In this document: positions 17,577 to 24,526 of the stretch, piece after piece
Position numbering within the stretch: the stretch's first letter is position 1
Layout of the letters: each line of letters begins with the position of its first letter
NCBI GenBank assembly: GCA_016928915.1
Contig: JAFGJT010000008.1
Coordinates: 71,546-111,545 of the forward strand
Origin: Candidatus Peregrinibacteria bacterium
GTDB taxonomy: Bacteria > Patescibacteriota > Gracilibacteria > UBA1369 > PNNO01
Reading direction: 5' to 3'
DNA: 40,000 nt
The notes under the pieces: generated by a model
What the model was told of the DNA's origin: nothing
Database searches by the model: none
The model's input: only the letters and a program-made list of their open reading frames with translations
Position numbers and translations under genes: made by a program

Positions 17577-18164
17577 TTACTTGGTTGCCGTTTTTATAAA
17601 TATAAGTGATTTGGATGCTCCCGGCAGTGAACCTTTTAGTCCTATAATATTATTTTCAACGTCAAGGTATTTAACGGGAATATTTTTTAATGTTTTTTGT
17701 TCTGTACCCATATGACCGGGAAGTTTTTTCCCTTTTATTACGCGGCCCGGTTTTGCGCGGCAGCCTATTGAACCGGGTTCTCTGTGCGCGTGTGAGCCGT
17801 GTGTTTCGGGGCCTCCTCTGAAGTGGTATCTTTTTACAACTCCCTGGAAACCTTTACCTTTTGATACTCCGATAATTTCAACTTTTTTAATATCCTTGAA
17901 TTTTTCAACCGTTACCGTGTCTCCTTTATTATATGTTTCACCTTCATCGATTTTCACCTCGCGGCTGAACTGGAATTTTCGTGTTTTTAAAGGTTTCTTT
18001 AACGCGACAAAGCCCAGGACTATCGCCGGATATCCGTCTTTCTCTTTTGTTTTAACCTGCGTAACCATGTTAGGTTCGCATTGAACCAGAGTAATCGGGA
18101 TCACACGACCATCATCTTGAAGGATGCGAGTCATACCAAGTTTTTTGCCCAGAATTCCCAACAT
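17577..18164 (-). CDS. rplC: 50S ribosomal protein L3
   Basis: MLGILGKKLGMTRIL...GVSKGKGFQGVVKRYHF.GGP..HGS matches L3. Confidence 0.94.
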   Translation of the reverse strand: MLGILGKKLGMTRILQDDGRVIPITLVQCEPNMVTQVKTKEKDGYPAIVLGFVALKKPLKTRKFQFSREVKIDEGETYNKGDTVTVEKFKDIKKVEIIGVSKGKGFQGVVKRYHFRGGPETHGSHAHREPGSIGCRAKPGRVIKGKKLPGHMGTEQKTLKNIPVKYLDVENNIIGLKGSLPGASKSLIFIKTATK

Positions 18165-18267
18165 TTTATTAGAGGTTATAGAAGTCCGAAGATCTTAGTG
18201 TAATGATTCCTTTTTGGAAGGAGCCCTCGAACCCTTTAAAACAACATAAAATTAATATTGCCGTCAG

Positions 18268-18296
18268 AGTATAAATAACGGGTTATTTAAAGTCAA
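18268..18296 (-). promoter_or_regulatory. Candidate promoter re-initiating the rplC...operon
   Basis: TTGACT - 17 nt - TATACT on the minus strand, about 100 nt upstream of the rplC ATG. Confidence 0.45.
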
Positions 18297-18319
18297 GAGT
18301 TTTTTGGAAAGAAAAAGAG

Positions 18320-18730
18320 CTAAAAATTAAATTTCTGAACTCTGCCTTGAGTATTTTCTCTTTGCAGGTTTGCAGCGGATTTTTTCTCCAGATATTTTTG
18401 CAACATATCCGCGCTTTCTTGAGTAAGATAAAAATATTTGATCCGTGGAATTTGAGTGTTAAATTCTATCACATCAATAGGCCTGTTGGTTTTTGTCGTT
18501 TCAACCGAATATAACTTAAAGCCGTTCTTTTTATCATTCATTGCAAGCTTATAAGGTTTGTTTTTTTGAGAAGAATTAGGATCGCTATTTACAGCATAAA
18601 GCATCTTTTCGTTGTTTTCGGGATCATTTAAATAATCCAACAATTCAAAAAAATTTATCTTAATCAGCTGCAGCTGTTCACTTATTAAAGCAGATTCGGG
18701 ATTTTCTTTTTGTGTCGGGTTTGCCGTCAT
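18320..18730 (-). CDS. Hypothetical protein, 136 aa, no recognisable domain
   Basis: The clean ORF is translationally coupled to the upstream ORF (TAA-A-ATG junction at 18734..18728). It is hydrophilic with no TM segment and no motif I recognise. Confidence 0.6.
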   Translation of the reverse strand: MTANPTQKENPESALISEQLQLIKINFFELLDYLNDPENNEKMLYAVNSDPNSSQKNKPYKLAMNDKKNGFKLYSVETTKTNRPIDVIEFNTQIPRIKYFYLTQESADMLQKYLEKKSAANLQRENTQGRVQKFNF

Positions 18731-18731
18731 T

Positions 18732-19403
18732 TTATGCGTTAAGATTTTTTTGTATGGCTTTGGTTAACGCTCTGGTTAATTGATTTTGTGTTTCAAATTC
18801 GGTTGCAGTTACAAGAGCGTTTTTTGCAAGTTCCGTTGATTTTGCAGCAATTTCTTTTATTTTTGGACCGGGAATGTTTTTTTCTTTTAATTGGGTTGCC
18901 ATATTCCTGTAAGGTTTATCTAGCGAAGCCGATCCTCCCATGGTTACAGTCATATCTTCAGATGATGAATCCGGTTTAACCCGTGCGGCTTTTAATATGA
19001 GATTCCCATAGTTTGCATAAGCCTGATTGATGATATTTTCTTTTGTAAATTTAAAATTTGTATTTTTTACTGTTTTTAATACTTTTTCCCTAAAATCGGC
19101 ATACCCTTTTGGGCCTCCTTTAGTCGCTTCTATCAAAGCTTTTCCTCCCTGAACTTTTTCATTTACTACACGGTCAATGTTTTTTGGCGCAATTACCTGT
19201 GTTATAATTTTTTTTATGTGCGGGTTTTGAATTTTACCGATTTGGTTGAGCTTTTTATTAAAGTCCGCATCCAGTTGTTTTAATTGTTTTGGGTTTAAGG
19301 TTTCAACCGCTTTCGGACCTTCCGGTCCCCGAAAGATTAGTTTAGTTTCAAAGAGTCCGCAACCGGATACGCTCAGACGGTTTAATGAATACAATGTTTT
19401 CAT
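18732..19403 (-). CDS. Hypothetical protein, 223 aa, Lys-rich, no recognisable domain
   Basis: The clean ORF has its own sigma70-like promoter (19438..19467). It lies between rpsJ and rplC where no gene is normally found. Confidence 0.6.
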   Translation of the reverse strand: MKTLYSLNRLSVSGCGLFETKLIFRGPEGPKAVETLNPKQLKQLDADFNKKLNQIGKIQNPHIKKIITQVIAPKNIDRVVNEKVQGGKALIEATKGGPKGYADFREKVLKTVKNTNFKFTKENIINQAYANYGNLILKAARVKPDSSSEDMTVTMGGSASLDKPYRNMATQLKEKNIPGPKIKEIAAKSTELAKNALVTATEFETQNQLTRALTKAIQKNLNA

Positions 19404-19423
19404 TTTGATTTTGGTTAGTTGTT

Positions 19424-19452
19424 TTGTATTTCTTTATATTATACCCTAAAAT
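19424..19452 (+). promoter_or_regulatory. Candidate promoter of the SanA/DUF218 gene (overlaps the divergent orphan-gene promoter)
   Basis: TTGTAT - 17 nt - TAAAAT on the plus strand, 40 nt upstream of the ATG at 19493. Confidence 0.3.
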
Positions 19453-19467
19453 AGGAAGAGAATGCAA
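19438..19467 (-). promoter_or_regulatory. Candidate promoter of the orphan two-gene unit
   Basis: TTGCAT - 18 nt - TATAAT on the minus strand, about 30 nt upstream of the ATG at 19403. Confidence 0.4.
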
Positions 19468-19492
19468 TAAAAGGAAGTATTAAAAAAGATTT

Positions 19493-20152
19493 ATGAGGGT
19501 CGGGATTAAGAAAATTTTGATTGTTGGTTTGTCGGTTTTTGCTGCTGCCGCGGTATTTTGTTCTGGTGTTGTTTTTTATGTGCAAAATTATGCGGCGGAA
19601 TTTATTTATTTTTATTCCGATATTGAAAATATTCCCATAAAGGATGTCGCGATTGTTTTTGGAGCATCGGTTAATCCCGATACTCTGCGGCCTTCGGATA
19701 TGCTGACCGACAGGCTTATTACGGGTGTTGAACTTTACAGGGCGGGTAAAGTGCAAAAAATTGTTATGTCGGGCGACAACAGGGTGAGTCATTATAATGA
19801 GCCTTTGGTGATGAAAAAATTCGCCGAAGATCTTGGAGTGCCGACAGAGGATATTGTGCTTGATTATGCAGGAAGGCGCACTTACGACACCTGCTATCGG
19901 GCAGTTGAGATTTTTGGCATTAAAAACGCGGTTTTAGTTACACAAAAATACCATCTGTATCGGGCTCTTTATACGTGCCGGTCATTGGGAGTTGATGCGG
20001 TGGGGGTTGATGCGGCGCGTCAGGCGTATATCGGGCAGAACTATTATGATTTCAGAGAATTTTTTGCCACTCTCAGCACGTTTTTTGATGTTAATGTGTT
20101 ACATCCCCGCCCGATTTTGGGAGAAAAAATCGATATTAATCTTCCTTACTAG
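19493..20152 (+). CDS. SanA/DUF218 (ElyC/YdcF-like) family protein with an N-terminal membrane anchor
   Basis: N-terminal TM ([23 protein letters not shown]), then VFGASV...[21 protein letters not shown]....YNEP..M......GVP...I.LDYAG..TYD, typical of SanA-type DUF218 proteins. Confidence 0.7.
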   Translation: MRVGIKKILIVGLSVFAAAAVFCSGVVFYVQNYAAEFIYFYSDIENIPIKDVAIVFGASVNPDTLRPSDMLTDRLITGVELYRAGKVQKIVMSGDNRVSHYNEPLVMKKFAEDLGVPTEDIVLDYAGRRTYDTCYRAVEIFGIKNAVLVTQKYHLYRALYTCRSLGVDAVGVDAARQAYIGQNYYDFREFFATLSTFFDVNVLHPRPILGEKIDINLPY

Positions 20153-20468
20153 AAGCAAGCATTTTAATTTCAATATCAACACCTGCAGGAAGGCTTAAGT
20201 TTGAAAGTGATTCGATTGTTTTTGGTGTGCTTTCCGTTATATCGATCAGTCTTTTGTGAGTCCGGATCTCAAACTGGTCGCGTGAATTTTTGTGTACAAA
20301 AGTTGAGCGATTAACTGTAACTTTTTCAATTTTTGTAGGAAGAGGGATAGGTCCGTTTATAATTGCACCGGTTCTGATTGCCGTATCAATAATTAATTTT
20401 GCGCTGTCATCAATGATTTTGTGGTCGTAAGCGCGCAGTTTGATTCTGATTTTTTGCTTTGCAGCCAT
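20136..20468 (-). CDS. rpsJ: 30S ribosomal protein S10
   Basis: [72 protein letters not shown] matches S10. Confidence 0.95.
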   Translation of the reverse strand: MAAKQKIRIKLRAYDHKIIDDSAKLIIDTAIRTGAIINGPIPLPTKIEKVTVNRSTFVHKNSRDQFEIRTHKRLIDITESTPKTIESLSNLSLPAGVDIEIKMLASSKED

Positions 20469-20618
20469 TGTTATTGTTGTTAATTAATTTAAATTACCGA
20501 GATTTAATCCCGGCCATATATTCATGACGATTTTGGAATGAGATCCGGGATGTGCCGCTTAATTGATCTTTAGCGGCTCAGGGCTTAAAAGCAAGACCTG
20601 AAATTTGTTAGTGTCATC

Positions 20619-20646
20619 ATTCTATTTGAATTAAACGTAAAGTCAA
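20619..20646 (-). promoter_or_regulatory. Candidate rpsJ promoter with a long leader
   Basis: TTGACT - 16 nt - TAGAAT on the minus strand. The leader of about 145 nt contains the stem-loop GCCGCU...AGCGGC (20554..20577) and CCCGG/CCGGG arms (20510..20549). Confidence 0.45.
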
Positions 20647-20654
20647 ATTAAAAT
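20626..20654 (+). promoter_or_regulatory. Candidate promoter of the PBP gene, geometry compatible with a leaderless mRNA
   Basis: TTGAAT - 17 nt - TAAAAT on the plus strand. The -10 ends 6 nt before the ATG at 20661. It is interleaved with the rpsJ promoter on the other strand. Confidence 0.4.
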
Positions 20655-20660
20655 ATTCGC

Positions 20661-22688
20661 ATGAAGAGATTAAAGAAAAAAAAGAAACTATTAATTTTTT
20701 TGGGTTCGGTTTTAGGAGTTATTTTAATCGGCGTTTTGATTTTTTATATTTGGGCCGGTTATGCGGTTGATTCTCTTATGGGTATATATGAGTCGCGGCG
20801 GTCTAAAGTTGTACTGGACAGAAACAATGAAGTAATCAGCATTATGCCAAATAAAGACGGGTATTATACGGAATATATAGATGAAATCCCGCAGGATTTC
20901 GCGGACGAACTTATTTCCAGCGAGGATAAATATTTTTATTTTCATCCGGGAGTTAATCCTTTTAGCACTGCGCGGGCTTTATGGAACAGTTTTTTTAATG
21001 CAAGCACAGCTTCGAGTACTATAACCCAGCAGCTTGCAAAAATTTTGCTCGGAAATGAAAAAGACAGAACATTTATAAATAAAGTTATTGAGTATAAATA
21101 CGCGCTCGCGCTTGAAGCAAAGCTTACCAAGGAAGAGATTTTAAAAATGTATGTAAACAGCATTTATCTGGGAAATCAGGTGCAGGGGATTGAGGCCGCT
21201 TCACGTTTATATTATGGAAAAACCGTTAATATGCTTAATAATGCGGAGCGCGAAAAGATAATTGCTTCAATAACATCGCCTTCACAGCTTAATCCTTTTG
21301 CGGATGAAGAAAATTTTAGCGAGGCTGAATACCAAAAAAGATCTCTGGATTTTAAGTCTTACATTAACAATGCATCATATTTTGAATTTAAAGATTTGCC
21401 CGGCTCTGATGAATGCTTAAAAAAGGATATTTGCAGAACAACAATCGATAAAGAGCTTACAGCAAAAATTCGTGAAGTAATAAACCGGCATTTGATAGAT
21501 CTTTCCGTGAAGAACGCAAAACACGCGGCCGTTATAGTTATAAGAATTCCCGAAAATGAAGTTTTGGCCGTTGTTGGTTCTCCTGATCCGAATTCAATCC
21601 TTGAAGGGGACCAGATAAATATGGCATTTAAGAACCGCCCGATCGGCTCCACAATAAAACCTTTTATTTACGGAGCCGGATTTTCGTTGGGGCTGCGGCC
21701 TTATTCTTTGGTTGATGACAGGGAGTATAAATATGTAACAGCTCTTGGGTTCGCGCATTATCCCAAAAATTTTGATTATCAGTACCGCGGAATAATAAGC
21801 CTTCACGAGGCGCTTTCAAACAGTTTAAATGTGCCGACCGTAAAAGTCCTGGAATTTATAGGGCTAAATAAATTTTATGAATTTTTAGAAAAAGGATTGC
21901 ATGTAAATCCTCCGCAGTCTTTTGAAAAATATCAGTACGGGATAGCGCTGGGACAGCTTGAGATGACGCTTTATGACCTTGCATACGCGTTTACCGTTTT
22001 CCCGAATGAAGGGAAAAACGATAAAGGGGAGCGGGTGCTTGAGACAAAATATGTTCAGCTAATAAATAAACTTTTACAGGACCGCGATACCGGCAGCGAA
22101 CAGTTCGGTATTGTGAGTAATTTAAATCTTCCCTATAAGAATTATGCCGTAAAAACCGGAACCTCACGCGAGTATCACGATTCATGGACAGTTGGATACA
22201 CCCCTGATTTTTTGGTTGCTGTTTGGGTGGGGAATGCGCAGAACACGGCTATGGATGAAGTGGCGGGATCAATTGGCGCGGGCGGGATATGGCACGATGT
22301 CATGCTGCTTTTATATAACTCAAAGTACAATAAAGACACTAAATTCAAATTTGATAAAATTAAAAGTTTTTATGACGCGGCCAGTGCGACAGTTGATTAC
22401 GGGCTTGCGGGTGACGATTACGAAAAGGCAAAAAATTTGCTTATAAAAAAAGCCTTAATTAGTTTTCCTCATGACGGCGATGAATTTTTATACGAAACTG
22501 ACATGATTTTACCCCTTGAATCGGACTATGAAGTTGAATGGTTTGTTGATGATAAAAAAGTCGATGAGGGAAGTATGGCAAAATTTACACCCGACAAAGA
22601 GGGTTCGTATGAAATCCGTGCTTATAATAATGAGTTTGACAGCGAAATTATCCGGATTGAAATTGTTACTTTCCCAGAGAATTCATAA
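20661..22688 (+). CDS. Bifunctional class A penicillin-binding protein (GT51 transglycosylase + transpeptidase) with a PBP1C-type C-terminal domain
   Basis: N-terminal TM. GT51 motifs EDKYFYFHPGVNP and STITQQLAK. Transpeptidase motifs STIKP (SxxK), SNS (SxN) and KTGTS (KTG). The about 90-aa C-terminal beta-rich tail (VEWFVDDKKV...GSYEIRAYNNEFDSEIIRIEIV) resembles the BiPBP_C domain of PBP1C. Confidence 0.85.
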   Translation: MKRLKKKKKLLIFLGSVLGVILIGVLIFYIWAGYAVDSLMGIYESRRSKVVLDRNNEVISIMPNKDGYYTEYIDEIPQDFADELISSEDKYFYFHPGVNPFSTARALWNSFFNASTASSTITQQLAKILLGNEKDRTFINKVIEYKYALALEAKLTKEEILKMYVNSIYLGNQVQGIEAASRLYYGKTVNMLNNAEREKIIASITSPSQLNPFADEENFSEAEYQKRSLDFKSYINNASYFEFKDLPGSDECLKKDICRTTIDKELTAKIREVINRHLIDLSVKNAKHAAVIVIRIPENEVLAVVGSPDPNSILEGDQINMAFKNRPIGSTIKPFIYGAGFSLGLRPYSLVDDREYKYVTALGFAHYPKNFDYQYRGIISLHEALSNSLNVPTVKVLEFIGLNKFYEFLEKGLHVNPPQSFEKYQYGIALGQLEMTLYDLAYAFTVFPNEGKNDKGERVLETKYVQLINKLLQDRDTGSEQFGIVSNLNLPYKNYAVKTGTSREYHDSWTVGYTPDFLVAVWVGNAQNTAMDEVAGSIGAGGIWHDVMLLLYNSKYNKDTKFKFDKIKSFYDAASATVDYGLAGDDYEKAKNLLIKKALISFPHDGDEFLYETDMILPLESDYEVEWFVDDKKVDEGSMAKFTPDKEGSYEIRAYNNEFDSEIIRIEIVTFPENS

Positions 22689-23088
22689 TATCTCTTCGGT
22701 GCTCTTCTTCCTGCATTAAAATATCTTCCATAACTCTTCTTACGCCGTATTCTTTTTGCTCTTCGGCTATCACTATCAATTCTTTATAAAGTTTTATCGC
22801 GATTTCTTCGCCTTCAAGATCCTGTTCGAGCATTGTTTTTGAATCGTCTGAAATGTTTCTTTTTTCAACTTCAATTGTAGGAACACCTCCGAGATCGGAA
22901 ATTGCGGTCGCAACAAGCACAGCATGTGCGATTTCTTCGTTTGCGTGAACAACGAGTTCTTTAGAAATTGAATCATACTGGGCGCCCGTAATTACGGCCG
23001 AATGCTGGATATACTGAATTGCGGAAGCATATTCCCATTCAAGCGCTTTATTTAGCTTATTAATAAAATCTTCTTTTGTTGATGGCAT
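22666..23088 (-). CDS. Ferritin-like (bacterioferritin/Dps superfamily) di-iron protein
   Basis: A four-helix pattern with E...EEIAH...E...EEEH ligand spacing (LEWEYASAIQY, ANEEIAHAV, LEGEEIAIKLY, QEEEHRRD). Confidence 0.7.
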   Translation of the reverse strand: MPSTKEDFINKLNKALEWEYASAIQYIQHSAVITGAQYDSISKELVVHANEEIAHAVLVATAISDLGGVPTIEVEKRNISDDSKTMLEQDLEGEEIAIKLYKELIVIAEEQKEYGVRRVMEDILMQEEEHRRDIMNSLGK

Positions 23089-23142
23089 AGTATTTTTGTT
23101 AATGATATACCTGTATAAGATTATAAATGAAAAAATAACTTT

Positions 23143-23376
23143 TTAAAGTTTTTCAATTTCATGTAAGTTTTTATTTGGGATATAAAGAATTGCAAGTCCT
23201 GCGATTATCCCTCCGATCGCTGTGAAAATATGGTTTCCGCCGAGCCAGGTGAAGTCAACAAAATCCAAAACATACCAGATGCCGCGCCATATCATAACAA
23301 GGCCTATTACCACGCTTAAGCTTTTGGCGAAATAAAAGAGCGTATCAAGGATTGTTTTTCTTTTAAAGAACATCAT
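23143..23376 (-). CDS. Small membrane protein, 77 aa, two predicted TM helices
   Basis: Two hydrophobic stretches (LSVVIGLVMIWRGIWYVL and IFTAIGGIIAGLAILYI). The start lies 12 nt after the stop of the upstream methyltransferase. Confidence 0.55.
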   Translation of the reverse strand: MMFFKRKTILDTLFYFAKSLSVVIGLVMIWRGIWYVLDFVDFTWLGGNHIFTAIGGIIAGLAILYIPNKNLHEIEKL

Positions 23377-23388
23377 ATGTGTAAATTG

Positions 23389-24513
23389 TTAATTGCTTTG
23401 AATCTTATAATACGAATACAGATAACATTTAATGTTTCCGTTAAACAGTTTGCGGTTTTTGTCTGCGGGACGGCCGAAAAGGCGCGGAAAATCTTCATTT
23501 GAAGTTATTAAAAAGAGCGAACAGTTTTTTGTCTGTGTGAATTTTTTTCCGAAATCTTTATATATTTGATTTACTTTTGCAGCATCTTCAAGCCTTTCTC
23601 CGTAAGGCGGGTTTGTTATAAAGGTGCAGTTTTCAAATTTGCCGAAATCAAGGTCATTGAAGTCGGAGCGTTTAAAATGAATATTATCAAATCCGGCATT
23701 TGCGGCATTGTGCTGGGCGATTTTAAGCGCGATAGGATCTATATCGAAACAATATACGGGAAGTTTTTCTAATGGTTTTTCGGATTCTTTTGCTTCATCA
23801 ATTGCATCGGTTACTATTTTTTTATCAATCCTTTTCCAGTTATCAAAAGCAAATTTTCGGTTTATACCGGGTGCGATATTGTTTGCAATCAATGCGGCTT
23901 CTATTGCTATTGTTCCGCTTCCGCAGAATGGATCAACCAAAGTCTTGTCAGGCGTCCAGTCGGAAAGTTTGACCATTGCCGCGGCCAGAGTTTCTTTAAT
24001 GGGAGCAATATCGCCCTTTTTTCTGTACCCTCTTTTATGCAGACTTTCACCCGAAGAATCTATACAAACGGTGAACTCGTCTTTGTGTGATTTTACAATT
24101 ATCTGATAAACGGAATTTGAATTCTCGGGCAAAATTTCCGTTTTATATTTCTGCTGAAGTCTTTTTACAACGGCTTTTTTTACAATGCTCTGAACAGCCG
24201 GCTCGGAATGAAGCGCTGATTTTACGCTCACAGCCTTAACGGGAAAGCAGTCCGTCACTCCGATATATTTCTCCCATTCCAAAGCATTCACGGCATCAAA
24301 AAGCTCGTCAAAAGTTACGGCCATGAATTTACCGATTTTAACAAGAATTCTGTCAGCGCATCGCAGCCATAAATTGGCTTTAATTAAAGCTGTTTCGTCG
24401 CCCTCAAAAAACACTCTTCCATCATCTTTTTTTATAACCCAAAGACCAAGTTTTTTTATTTCATCATAAACAAGTTTTTCAAGCCCGAATGCGCAGGTGG
24501 CAATTAATTCCAT
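23389..24513 (-). CDS. THUMP-domain class I SAM-dependent RNA methyltransferase (RlmL/YpsC-like, COG0116 type)
   Basis: The N-terminal ferredoxin-like/THUMP region is followed by DPFCGSGTIAIEA (motif I) and the catalytic NPPYGERL (motif IV). Confidence 0.8.
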   Translation of the reverse strand: MELIATCAFGLEKLVYDEIKKLGLWVIKKDDGRVFFEGDETALIKANLWLRCADRILVKIGKFMAVTFDELFDAVNALEWEKYIGVTDCFPVKAVSVKSALHSEPAVQSIVKKAVVKRLQQKYKTEILPENSNSVYQIIVKSHKDEFTVCIDSSGESLHKRGYRKKGDIAPIKETLAAAMVKLSDWTPDKTLVDPFCGSGTIAIEAALIANNIAPGINRKFAFDNWKRIDKKIVTDAIDEAKESEKPLEKLPVYCFDIDPIALKIAQHNAANAGFDNIHFKRSDFNDLDFGKFENCTFITNPPYGERLEDAAKVNQIYKDFGKKFTQTKNCSLFLITSNEDFPRLFGRPADKNRKLFNGNIKCYLYSYYKIQSN

Positions 24514-24526
24514 AATCCTTATATAA

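Noticed and set aside
19359-19403. Possible lipoprotein signal (LSVSGC lipobox-like motif) at the N-terminus of the 223-aa orphan protein
   Set aside because: The 14 residues before the Cys (MKTLYSLNRLSVSG) contain Asn and Arg and lack a hydrophobic h-region, so this is not a credible SPase II signal.
19439-19792. 117-aa minus-strand ORF overlapping the SanA-like gene, and similar long antisense ORFs inside adk (7227..7739), tuf (31414..31944), map (6256..6615) and the A2M gene
   Set aside because: All are antisense to genes with strong family signatures and show no motifs of their own.
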